DNA of 64,000 nt, taken from positions 21,447 through 85,446 of the forward strand of contig CATOJY010000005.1 of the NCBI GenBank assembly GCA_951800685.1, read 5' to 3'. The translations under genes and the position numbers were made by a program. How positions within the stretch are numbered: the stretch's first letter is position 1; each line of letters starts with the position of its first letter. The notes under the pieces are model-generated. The model ran no database searches. It saw only the letters and a list, made by a program, of their open reading frames with translations, and had not been told where the DNA came from. The DNA is from an uncultured Lachnospiraceae bacterium (lineage in GTDB: Bacteria; Bacillota; Clostridia; Lachnospirales; Lachnospiraceae). Shown in pieces: positions 1-9,487 of the stretch.

Positions 1-1514
1 ATATACCGGTGATAGATCTCGCCCTGCCGGTCCGCTGGCCAGGCTGGTGAATAGCATTCTGTAATACTGCGGTTCATATCCCACTTAATATAAGAAATCC
101 CAGCTTCCTGTAAAATTGCTGCCATCTGCTCATAGATCGCATCTACCACTTCTTTTCGGGAGAAATCCAGCACATACTGATGTCTGCCGTGAGATTGGCG
201 GCGTTCTGGTGTAGCCAGGATCCAGTCCGGGTGTGCCCTGTAGAAATCGGAATCCTTGTTGGTCATTTCTGGTTCAAACCAGAGACCAAACCGCATGTCC
301 ATTGCCTCTATCTGTTGCGAGAGTCCGGCGACGCCGTCCGGCAGCCGGTCCCTGTTGGCTTTCCAGTCGCCCAGGCCTGCCCGGTCGCTGCTTCTTGCGC
401 CAAACCATCCGTCGTCCAGGACGAAGAGCTCTACACCACATTTTTTGGCTTTGGCGGCAATCTCGACCAGCCGCTCTTGTGTAAAATCAAAATAAGTCGC
501 TTCCCAGTTATTATTTAAGATCGGGCGTACCCTGTCACGCCAATATCCTCTCACCAGCCGTTTCTGGTAGAGTTTGTGGAAGGTCTGGCTCATGCGGTTT
601 AAACCTTTGTCTGTGTAGACCATGACAGCTTCCGGTGTCTGGAAAGATCCGCCAGGCTCCAGTTTCCACTCGAAAGTTTCCGGGTCAATCCCGGCCAGTA
701 CCCGCAAGGTATCGTGGGCGTCCACCTCGGCCTGCAGTCTGAAATTACCGCTATAAATAAGAGAAAAGCCGATGGCCTCTCCCTGCCGCTCGTCAGTATT
801 AGGACGTTTGAGTACAAGGAAGGGGTTGTGCTCGTGGGAGGAATTACCACGCATGCTGCCGATAGCAGTGATGCCAGGTTCTAAATTGCGGGTGCGGATA
901 TGGCATTCCCTCGCCCAGCATCCAGAAAGCTGCTGCCACACATAATCCCGGTCGGGCAGATCTAAACACAGACTCATGGCACGGCTAAGCCTTACAGGCT
1001 GTTCTCCTCCGTTAGAAAACTGGACGCTGCGGGTCAGGACGCCGCCTTTGGCAAAGATCGTATAGAGCAGTTGTACCTGTACTCTCGTCACAGCGTCTTC
1101 CAGTATGACTGTCAGAGTCATGCCTTCATCGACAGATTCTGTATAGGTTGCCGGTAGTCCTGGCAGGGTGGGTTTGCCGGCTGTGATCTTATGGGATTGA
1201 TACTTAAGATCCGCAATACGGCTGCCATTCTCCTGCCGAATGTCTACTGCAGGCTGGCGGTAATCTGTCGTGCCGAATACAGGATATTCCTGCCGTATAT
1301 GCTCTAACGAAAAGGTACGGTCATTTTCATAAATATAGGAAGTCATAGGTCTTTCACATGTTTCCAGGAAATACGAAAAGTCTTCCTTGTCCTGGATCTG
1401 TTTCCCAAAATACAGCTGTCCCAGATGACCGTTTTGCAGGATCATCATAAGATAACTGATGCTGTCATTGTAAAGATGAAAAATTTTGGAACTTTCGTGA
1501 TATACAATCTTCAT
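1..1514 (-). CDS. GH36 alpha-galactosidase, 3'-truncated by window edge (not in ORF track)
   Basis: Manual translation from ATG 1514 (RBS GGGAGG): MKIVYHESSKIFHL...; GH36 motifs NNWEATYFDF, LFVLDDGWFG, FGLWFEPEM, YIKWDMNR; frame stays open to position 1. Confidence 0.93.
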   Translation of the reverse strand, partial: MKIVYHESSKIFHLYNDSISYLMMILQNGHLGQLYFGKQIQDKEDFSYFLETCERPMTSYIYENDRTFSLEHIRQEYPVFGTTDYRQPAVDIRQENGSRIADLKYQSHKITAGKPTLPGLPATYTESVDEGMTLTVILEDAVTRVQVQLLYTIFAKGGVLTRSVQFSNGGEQPVRLSRAMSLCLDLPDRDYVWQQLSGCWARECHIRTRNLEPGITAIGSMRGNSSHEHNPFLVLKRPNTDERQGEAIGFSLIYSGNFRLQAEVDAHDTLRVLAGIDPETFEWKLEPGGSFQTPEAVMVYTDKGLNRMSQTFHKLYQKRLVRGYWRDRVRPILNNNWEATYFDFTQERLVEIAAKAKKCGVELFVLDDGWFGARSSDRAGLGDWKANRDRLPDGVAGLSQQIEAMDMRFGLWFEPEMTNKDSDFYRAHPDWILATPERRQSHGRHQYVLDFSRKEVVDAIYEQMAAILQEAGISYIKWDMNRSITECYSPAWPADRQGEIYHRY

Positions 1515-1727
1515 TGGTGCCCTCCCTGAATAAAAGATTCTATGTGTCCATTGTAACGCCTGCCAAAAGCTTCTCTTTATGTCTTTTGGCCAGGGACTTT
1601 TCCCTGATCTACCATTATATAGGTTTCTCAAAGTGTCTTTATTATAGCGGGAAAGCGGGAAAAGCTGGGAGAAGATTTTGTTTCCATCAACAGTTAAAAT
1701 GTTTCCTGTTTCTAAAATATCATCATT

Positions 1728-2645
1728 TCACCCTTTTCCCTGGTGCAGTTTTTTCAGGGAGTCTTCCCGCATCAATTCCTCCAGAAGTTCTTGGTGATCC
1801 TCAAGCTTTTTCCGGTTTGCTTTCCGGTGCTCTGTGCGGTAAACAGATGGAACGGTTCCAGTCGTTCTCTTAAAAGCTTTGGAAAAGACGAGAGTGTTCT
1901 GGTAGCCGCAGGAAGAAGCTACGTGTTCGATGGAGAGCTGCGTTGTGGCAAGAAGCTCTTTGGCGCGGGAGATCCGGAACTGTGTCAGGAATTCCTGGGG
2001 AGATATCTGCATGCTGTTCTGAAAGAGCTTATACAGATAGCTTCGGTTGATACATAGATAGTTGGCGATATCCGTCACTTTGATTTCGGAAGCGTAGTGA
2101 TTTCGGATGTAGTTCGTGGCCCGCTCTACATAGAAGTTTTCGCGGGACGGTGTATCCTTGACAGCTTCCTTGGTATTGCGTGACAGGACGGCGAAGAAAG
2201 CATAGAGATAACTTTGGAGCTGGTACTGGCTGGCAGGAGAACCATCAGAGCAGCGCATCATCTGCAGGATCAGCCTCTTTAGCTCTTTCCCCTGGTCAGT
2301 TTGGAAGGTAAGCTGGTCACTGTTCAGGCCAAGATCCTCCAGATAATCAGCAGCCTGCCTGCCGGAAAAGCCGATCCACAGATAGCTCCAGGGATCTTCC
2401 TGGTCAGCCTGGTAGAATGTGAGGACATCCGGTTCGATCAGGAATCCCTCGCCAGCCTGCAGGTGGTAAGAATGATTACCAACCCGATACGTTCCTTTCC
2501 CGTCTATAATGTAGTGGAGCAGATAATTAGACCGCACAGCGGGACCAAAACCGTGGAGTGGTCCACATTGGGCGTAACCACAGAAACAGACGAAAAGATC
2601 TTTGAATTTTGAATCAGACAATTCTAGTACAAATGCGTTCTCCAT
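1728..2645 (-). CDS. AraC-family regulator (MsmR-like)
   Basis: N-terminal cupin (GPAVRSNYLLHYI...W.YLWIGFSG) plus C-terminal double HTH (INRSYLYKLF; CGYQNTLVFSKAFKR). Confidence 0.92.
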   Translation of the reverse strand: MENAFVLELSDSKFKDLFVCFCGYAQCGPLHGFGPAVRSNYLLHYIIDGKGTYRVGNHSYHLQAGEGFLIEPDVLTFYQADQEDPWSYLWIGFSGRQAADYLEDLGLNSDQLTFQTDQGKELKRLILQMMRCSDGSPASQYQLQSYLYAFFAVLSRNTKEAVKDTPSRENFYVERATNYIRNHYASEIKVTDIANYLCINRSYLYKLFQNSMQISPQEFLTQFRISRAKELLATTQLSIEHVASSCGYQNTLVFSKAFKRTTGTVPSVYRTEHRKANRKKLEDHQELLEELMREDSLKKLHQGKG

Positions 2646-3126
2646 ACGAGCCCCCGACAGGAAATCTTATAATTTGATTGTAGCATGGAAAAAGAGAAAA
2701 GCAATCTAAAAATTTCTATTGATTTTCAACGCACGATCGGTTATATTATATCTATGAGTGAAAACACAAATGCACAAAACAAGACAATGGGAACATGTGT
2801 AATACGTGTAAAATTGATGGATGAAATAGAATGTTTTGTACATTTTGCACATTTTAAGAACGGTAATTTACATTTCTGACAGAAGACAGACATATATTTT
2901 GGGCATTGTTCCAAAAAGTACAATTTTTGGAAAAGAATAAAAATAAATGATATTCAGTCGATATAAGTTTTCTTTTTGGTCTGTGCGGGAGGCGCCTACA
3001 GAGTATTCTGTTTCAACAAAAATAGCACAGCAGAGAGAAAATTTATATAAATAGGGCAGTAGAACTCGATAGATTAAGAGATTCGAGCCTGCCTATACCT
3101 AATTAAATCTAAAAGGAGGAAAAGAA

Positions 3127-5130
3127 ATGCGTAAGAAATTAGTTGCAATGGTAATGGCAGTTACACTTACTGCTGTTACACTTGCCGGCTGTGGCGGCGG
3201 TGGCACAGATCCTGGTACGGCTTCTACAGATTCTTCTGCCGGAACGGAAGCTTCCGACTCATCTTCAACTGGTACAGGGGGGGGCACTGCAGCAGCAGAA
3301 GGTCTAACGACTGAAGTTGGCACGCCTCGTGCCGAGACACTGGTGGTTGAGTGTCAGAATAAGACGGACACACCTGGTCAGTTTAACTCCTATATGTCTG
3401 GTACTGCTATGGGATTTGGTATTCACCAGATGATGAGTGCACATCTGTGGGAAATGCAGACTGCAAAAGGTGAGCAGTATGGTGAACTTGCTGATGGCAT
3501 GCCGGAGTCCAATGATGATTTTACAGAGTGGACTGTAAAGCTTCGTCAGGGCATCAAGTGGTCTGACGGCGAAGATGTGACTGCAGATGACGTTGTTTTC
3601 ACATTTAATATGATCAAGGATAATAGCACCATCGGTGCGAGTGCAGCAACAAATCTGTATATTGATGCTGTAGAGAAGGTTGACGATTATACGGTTAAAT
3701 TTACTATGACAGAGCCATTCCCTCGTTTCGTACAGCGTTATGGTATCACTGTATGGGGAACTGACTACCGTATCGTGCCTGAGCATATTTACTCACAGCA
3801 GGCAGACGTTACTACATTTAAGGATGAAGCTCCTGTTGTTGCAGGTCCTTATACTGTTAAAGACTATGACAGCCTTGGAATGTGGGTTCTGTATGAACTG
3901 CGTGAAGACTGGCAGCAGAGTACTCTGGGTGTAGTAGGTGCAGCAGAATTTGGTTATACAGCAGACCAGGTTCCGCCGAAGTATGTATGGTTCCGTACAT
4001 TCTCCGATTCTACAACAAAGCAGATGGCAATGATCAATAATGAGATCGATATTCTCTGTGAAGTTACACTGGAAGAGTTCCAGACTCTGAACAGCGCTAA
4101 CGACAAGATCAAGTGCTGGTATGATGATTTCCCATATGCTAACCCTGATGATCCGGGTGCAAAGGGTATTGTATTCTCACACGGTAAAGGCGCACCGTAT
4201 GACAATGCAGACTTCCGTTGGGGTATCTGCCTTGCTTTAGACATCGATCAGATTTCCATGAATACATTCTCAGGAGCAGGACGTGCGGCGCCGATTCCGT
4301 TGATGAACAATACACAGTTCCTGCAGGATACATACACAATCCCGATGCAGGATTGGCTTGAGAATTTCGAACTTGACCTTGGTGACGGCACAACCTTTAA
4401 GCCTTATGATACTGGTTATGCGAAGCGTATGGCAGACTCTCTTGGCATCCAGGGTACAGATGAAGAGCTGGTTACCATGTTTGGCGCTGGCTGGTGGAAA
4501 CATGATGAAGAAGCAGCTACGAAGTTGCTTGAGAAGGCAGGACTTGAGAAGGTTGACGGCGTTTGGAATTACAATGGCGCTCCTTTCACATTTGAATTAA
4601 GCTACCTGGCAGATGCAGAGTTCCAGGAGGCACGTGGTGTGCAGGCTGTTTACAATCAGTTACAGGCATTTGGATTCCAGTGTACGATCGCATCCAAGTC
4701 TTCTGCAACATGGGATGTAGATGGTGGACAGGGTAACTTCGACATCGCTGGTTACTGGCCTTCAGGCGGTATTTTGAAAGACTTCTATTCTGCAATCAGT
4801 GGTTTTGATGCTGGATTGATCAAACCGTTAGGTGAGACTGGTTCTGGACAGGGTATGCGTTGGAATAATGCACGCGTTACAGAGATCCTTCATGAACTTG
4901 CAAACCTGGATCCTAACAGTGACAAGGCTTATGAACTGCATACAGAGTTCCTTCAGGAATGCGTAAAGGATATGTGTGAGATCAACTTCCTTTCCGGTAC
5001 TAAGTTCGTTCCTACCAACTCAACTTACTTTGAAGGATATCCGAATGCAGAGAATCCGTACGATGGTCCTTGGTGGTGGTGGAGCTGCTTCAAGTACATG
5101 CTTCCGAACATTCATCCAGTACAGGGTTAA
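3127..5130 (+). CDS. ABC substrate-binding lipoprotein, family 5 (OppA-like, probably oligosaccharide-binding)
   Basis: Lipobox LAGC; family-5 signature LRQGIKWSDGEDVTADDVVFT; heads an operon with glycosidases. Confidence 0.9.
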   Translation: MRKKLVAMVMAVTLTAVTLAGCGGGGTDPGTASTDSSAGTEASDSSSTGTGGGTAAAEGLTTEVGTPRAETLVVECQNKTDTPGQFNSYMSGTAMGFGIHQMMSAHLWEMQTAKGEQYGELADGMPESNDDFTEWTVKLRQGIKWSDGEDVTADDVVFTFNMIKDNSTIGASAATNLYIDAVEKVDDYTVKFTMTEPFPRFVQRYGITVWGTDYRIVPEHIYSQQADVTTFKDEAPVVAGPYTVKDYDSLGMWVLYELREDWQQSTLGVVGAAEFGYTADQVPPKYVWFRTFSDSTTKQMAMINNEIDILCEVTLEEFQTLNSANDKIKCWYDDFPYANPDDPGAKGIVFSHGKGAPYDNADFRWGICLALDIDQISMNTFSGAGRAAPIPLMNNTQFLQDTYTIPMQDWLENFELDLGDGTTFKPYDTGYAKRMADSLGIQGTDEELVTMFGAGWWKHDEEAATKLLEKAGLEKVDGVWNYNGAPFTFELSYLADAEFQEARGVQAVYNQLQAFGFQCTIASKSSATWDVDGGQGNFDIAGYWPSGGILKDFYSAISGFDAGLIKPLGETGSGQGMRWNNARVTEILHELANLDPNSDKAYELHTEFLQECVKDMCEINFLSGTKFVPTNSTYFEGYPNAENPYDGPWWWWSCFKYMLPNIHPVQG

Positions 5131-5225
5131 TAAGCGGTGATAGAATAATTTTAGAACGTTAGTAACATGATTCGTGCCAACAGAATAGTTGTATAGCAAG
5201 AGTTCTGTTGTATGATCAAAAGAAC

Positions 5226-5261
5226 AGGGCCGTAAGTAAAATGGCTTACGGCCCTTCTTTT
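5226..5261 (+). terminator. Intra-operon stem-loop/terminator after the SBP gene
   Basis: Perfect 11-bp stem AGGGCCGTAAG/CTTACGGCCCT followed by TCTTTT. Confidence 0.75.
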
Positions 5262-5321
5262 CTCTAATCTAAATAGGAAAGTCCGTCGTTTGACGGATGC
5301 AATAGTAAAGGGGTGCTGTGT

Positions 5322-6320
5322 ATGAAATTTAAAACATTTTTTCTGCAGCGTGTACTTGCCTGGGCACTGACAATATGGATTGGCGTTACTTTCATCTTTT
5401 TTATTCCACGTATGTTCCCATCAGATCCTGTTGAGAACATGATTGCACAGATGCAGACACGTTCAGGCAATATGGACCCAGCTGAAATGGAAGTGCTTCG
5501 TCAGCAGCTTCGCGTACAGTTTGGTCTGGAAGGGTCATTGTTGCAGCAATATGGAGCTTTCTTATGGAATGGCCTGCTTCATTTTGATTTTGGGCCGTCT
5601 CTTATGAGTTATCCGGAACCGGTTGGCAATATTATCGGACGGTTTCTACCTTATACCTTGATTTTATCATTAACATCTACATTCTTTGCATGGGTGATCG
5701 GTAACTTTATCGGTCTGCTTGCAGGTTTTCGTAAGAATAAGCGGTCCTCGAAGATTCTGGAGGGAATTGCAATCTGCATCTATCCGCTTCCGTATTTCCT
5801 GGTTGCTTTGGTATTGCAGATCGTATTTGCCTTTGTTCTGAAATGGTTCCCGCTGCAGGCTGTCATTAAGACAGGTGTTGGTTTTGGACCCTGGCTGTCT
5901 TCGCTGCTTACAGCATCCGTGCTTCCGGCAATCTCTCTGCTCATGCTCGGTACAGGTTGGTGGATTATCTCCATGAAGTCTCTGGCTGGCACAACGTCAG
6001 AAGAAGATTATGTTCGTTTTGCCCGTTATCGTGGTCTCTCTGAGGGTACGATCGGTAAGAGTTACGTACTGCGTAATTCCATTTTGACACAGATTACTGC
6101 ACTTGCTATGAGTCTTGGCGGTGTTTTCGGCGGTTCAATCATGACTGAGATCATTTTTGGATATCCGGGTGTTGGTTCCCTGATCCAGAGTGCCATCCTG
6201 CAGTCAGACTACAACATGATCTTGGGCTGTATCACAATTTCCATCGTTGCGATTTCGACAGCGACGCTGATTGTTGACCTGATCTATCCGTTTATTGATC
6301 CGCGGATCCGTTACGGTTGA
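5322..6320 (+). CDS. ABC permease (OppB-like)
   Basis: Multiple TM segments; FARYRGLSE EAA-like loop; TEIIFGYPGVG; C-terminal DPRIR. Confidence 0.92.
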   Translation: MKFKTFFLQRVLAWALTIWIGVTFIFFIPRMFPSDPVENMIAQMQTRSGNMDPAEMEVLRQQLRVQFGLEGSLLQQYGAFLWNGLLHFDFGPSLMSYPEPVGNIIGRFLPYTLILSLTSTFFAWVIGNFIGLLAGFRKNKRSSKILEGIAICIYPLPYFLVALVLQIVFAFVLKWFPLQAVIKTGVGFGPWLSSLLTASVLPAISLLMLGTGWWIISMKSLAGTTSEEDYVRFARYRGLSEGTIGKSYVLRNSILTQITALAMSLGGVFGGSIMTEIIFGYPGVGSLIQSAILQSDYNMILGCITISIVAISTATLIVDLIYPFIDPRIRYG

Positions 6321-6337
6321 TAGGAAGGAGGGTAAAC

Positions 6338-7174
6338 ATGAAGAAATTTTGGAAAACAGCCAATTTCCGCTTGAAAGCGGGACTAATCATTACTGGTATT
6401 TTTATGATCGTTGGGTTTGTCGTATATCTTTTCCCACATACGGACCCTTTCACGTTCAATACATACGGGAATAATCTGGGAGCATCGGGAGAGCATTGGC
6501 TTGGTACGACCAGCATGGGACAGGATGTTGTGTGGCTGCTGATCGAGGCGATTCATAACTCTCTGCTGATTGGTTTGATTGTTGCGACGATCGGTACAGT
6601 TGTCGGTGTTCTTGTGGGTCTTTTGGCAGGATTTGCTGGCGGTGCACTTGACAGAGTGCTCATGGTTGTGACAGATACTTTTGTGGTAATCCCGTCTCTG
6701 CCGATCCTGATCATGATGACATCGTTGATGAAGGGTGGCGCTACGGTTATTGTCATGGCTCTTGTGCTTGCAATGTTTGCTTGGGCATGGCCGAGCCGTC
6801 AGATCCGTTCTATGGCATTGACAATCAAAGAGCGTGACTTCATCCATACAGCCCGTTTTTCGGGTGAGAGCACCATGCAGATTGTTGTGACGGAGATTCT
6901 GCCGTTTGCACTTTCCTGGTCGCTTTCTAACTTTATGAATGCTACACTTTCCGCGATCGGTTCGGAATCCAGCCTTGCAGTGCTTGGTCTGTCACCGGGT
7001 AATCTGGTTTCTCTGGGTAATATGATCCAGTGGGCAAGGAACTACAATGCGGTCCTGGCAAAACGCTGGCTTTGGATCGGTGCACCGATCGTTGCAACTG
7101 TTATCTTATTCATTGGCCTGTTCTTATTAATCACGGGTTACAATGATTATCAATCCATGAAGAGAGGCAGGTGA
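6338..7174 (+). CDS. ABC permease (OppC-like)
   Basis: HWLGTTSMGQD motif; TM segments; RBS AAGGAGG before ATG 6338. Confidence 0.92.
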   Translation: MKKFWKTANFRLKAGLIITGIFMIVGFVVYLFPHTDPFTFNTYGNNLGASGEHWLGTTSMGQDVVWLLIEAIHNSLLIGLIVATIGTVVGVLVGLLAGFAGGALDRVLMVVTDTFVVIPSLPILIMMTSLMKGGATVIVMALVLAMFAWAWPSRQIRSMALTIKERDFIHTARFSGESTMQIVVTEILPFALSWSLSNFMNATLSAIGSESSLAVLGLSPGNLVSLGNMIQWARNYNAVLAKRWLWIGAPIVATVILFIGLFLLITGYNDYQSMKRGR

Positions 7175-7180
7175 TAGAAT

Positions 7181-8161
7181 ATGCTGAAAATCGAAGACTT
7201 GTCAACTTCTTACAAAACCATTGACGGCGATATCCATGTGCTTAATGATATTAACTTCACAATTCATGACAATGAGATTTTCGGTATCGCAGGAGAATCA
7301 GGCTGCGGTAAAACAACCCTGCTGAATACGCTCTATGATATCATAGAATTTCCTCTGGTAATCGACAAAGGGCGTGTTGTCTTGGAAGGTGAGAAGAATG
7401 GACAGAAGTTTTCTTACGAATCTGGACAGATTCGTAAGACCTGGTGGAATAATATTTCTTATGTGCCGCAGGCGGCACAGAGTGTTTTAAATCCGATCGT
7501 TCGTTTAAAGACGCAGTTTATTGACTCGATCCCGAAGGAGGACAGGAAGAACGAGACACCGGAACAGACACTTGAGAGAGTTGCTGCTTATCTGAAAGAG
7601 CTCAATCTTTCTCCGGATGTATTGGAGTCTTATCCGTTCCAGCTTTCTGGTGGTATGAGACAGCGTGCGATCATTGCATTGGCAACTTTCATGGCTCCTG
7701 GCGTTGTGCTTGCTGATGAGCCGACTACAGCGCTTGACGTTGTGGTACAGAAAGGTATCTTGATGATGTTGATGCGTTTGCAGCAGCAGTTAAAGAATAC
7801 GCTGATCATCGTCAGTCATGATATGGGTGTACATTACCAGATCACAGACCGTATGGCAATCATGTATTCTGGAAGCGTAGCGGAGCTTGGTAAGACAGAA
7901 GATATCTTTAATGATCCGATTCATCCCTATACAAAGATGCTTGTAGATGCGCTTCCTCGTGTGGGTGAGGATATCCAGAGAGTCGGTATCGCAGGTCGTC
8001 CGCCTGCATTGAAAAACCCGCCTCCAGGCTGCCGTTTTGCTCCTCGTTGTCCACATGCTACGGATCGTTGCCGTGCTGAAGTGCCGAAATTCCGTGAGAT
8101 AACTCCTGGGCGGTTTGCTGCCTGCCACTTATTAAAAGAGGAGGTGAAGGCGAATGGCTGA
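7181..8161 (+). CDS. ABC ATPase (OppD-like)
   Basis: GESGCGKT, LSGGMRQR, ADEPT, C-terminal PPPGCRFAPRC. Confidence 0.95.
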   Translation: MLKIEDLSTSYKTIDGDIHVLNDINFTIHDNEIFGIAGESGCGKTTLLNTLYDIIEFPLVIDKGRVVLEGEKNGQKFSYESGQIRKTWWNNISYVPQAAQSVLNPIVRLKTQFIDSIPKEDRKNETPEQTLERVAAYLKELNLSPDVLESYPFQLSGGMRQRAIIALATFMAPGVVLADEPTTALDVVVQKGILMMLMRLQQQLKNTLIIVSHDMGVHYQITDRMAIMYSGSVAELGKTEDIFNDPIHPYTKMLVDALPRVGEDIQRVGIAGRPPALKNPPPGCRFAPRCPHATDRCRAEVPKFREITPGRFAACHLLKEEVKANG

Positions 8162-9140
8162 GAAATTGTTGGAAATTAATGGTGTCAGTAAGATTTTCCG
8201 CGTAGGTGGTATGCTGCGTGGTAAGAAGCTGGTAGCTGTCGATAATGTATCCCTATCGATTGACAGCGATAAACCCGTTATTCTGTCGGTTGTTGGAGAG
8301 TCTGGTTGTGGTAAATCTACGCTGTGTAAGATGGTTCTGCGTCTGCATGATCCTGATCTGGGCGAAATCATTTTGAATGGTAAGTCTTATGCTGATAAGA
8401 AAAGCTATGATCCGCAGCAGTTTAAACATGATGTACAGCCTATTTTCCAGAATCCGTATGAGTCCTTCTCATCAAGGAAAACGGTAGATACTTATCTGTA
8501 TAATACAGCGCTTCGTCTCGGTATTGCAAAAAATCGGGCAGAGGCTGATAAAGTGGTCGATGAAGCATTGAAGAGTGTTGGTATGTCACTGCAGGTTGTG
8601 AAGGGCAAATACCCGACACAGTTTTCCGGTGGTGAGTTGCAGCGTGTTTCCATTGCGCGTGCACTGATTACGCGGCCGAAGCTGATTATTGCCGACGAGC
8701 CGGTTGCAGCGATTGATGCTTCCATGAAGATGAATATTGTCAATCTCTTCAAGGAGCTTCGCGATAAATATAAGATTTCCTTTATCTACATCACACATGA
8801 CCTTTCGACGGCATATTACGTATCTGACTATATTGCAACACTTTACCGTGGTTGTCTGATCGAATATGGTCCGGCAAAGGATATCATGGATAATCCGGCG
8901 CATCCTTATACGGATCTTCTGATGAGTTCTGTACCGCGTGTTGGTGATAAGTGGAAAGATGAGATCGCTATGCCTGATATGGAAGGTAAGGAGTATGCGG
9001 TACAGTATTGTAAGTTTGCTCCACGGTGTCCGTACGCGACAGATGAATGCCGCAAGGATCGCCCTGCACCAAGAAAGATCGGCGAGGATCGTATGGTGCT
9101 GTGCTGCCATCCCATGACGGATAAAGCGAAGAAAGCATAA
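8154..9140 (+). CDS. ABC ATPase (OppF-like)
   Basis: GESGCGKST, FSGGELQR, ADEP, Cys-rich C-terminal CKFAPRCP. Confidence 0.95.
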   Translation: MAEKLLEINGVSKIFRVGGMLRGKKLVAVDNVSLSIDSDKPVILSVVGESGCGKSTLCKMVLRLHDPDLGEIILNGKSYADKKSYDPQQFKHDVQPIFQNPYESFSSRKTVDTYLYNTALRLGIAKNRAEADKVVDEALKSVGMSLQVVKGKYPTQFSGGELQRVSIARALITRPKLIIADEPVAAIDASMKMNIVNLFKELRDKYKISFIYITHDLSTAYYVSDYIATLYRGCLIEYGPAKDIMDNPAHPYTDLLMSSVPRVGDKWKDEIAMPDMEGKEYAVQYCKFAPRCPYATDECRKDRPAPRKIGEDRMVLCCHPMTDKAKKA

Positions 9141-9487
9141 ATGGTTTACTGCATGCAATAACTGTGAACCATAAGAGAAATGGCGATTTAGCCTATATAT
9201 GGATTTGATTTGTGTAAAATGGGACTCTCGGTTCGCCAGGAGTCCCATGATTTTAATAACATGTGATAGTATGATTTGCTGTCAGGCAGTGGCAGTATAC
9301 CGTAAAGAACGGAAAAGTTTGTCATATTCAAGAGAAATTTATATGCAAAGGTATCTGAAAGATTATTTTTCGGATAAACGATGAGAGATGAAAATAGTAC
9401 AGGATCTTCCCTGCAACTGAAAAATAATCAGGTACAAGGAAGATTCCGGGAGGCTATAGATAATTAAAGAAGAGGAGGAGCTTAAGT

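Noticed and set aside
180-850. Short ORFs suggesting a pseudogene or separate genes at the left edge
   Set aside because: The region is one intact minus-strand GH36 frame running off the window
2836-2915. Imperfect TTGTGCA-N3-TGCACAA-like palindromes upstream of the sugar ABC operon
   Set aside because: Too degenerate in an AT-rich context to assign without a motif model
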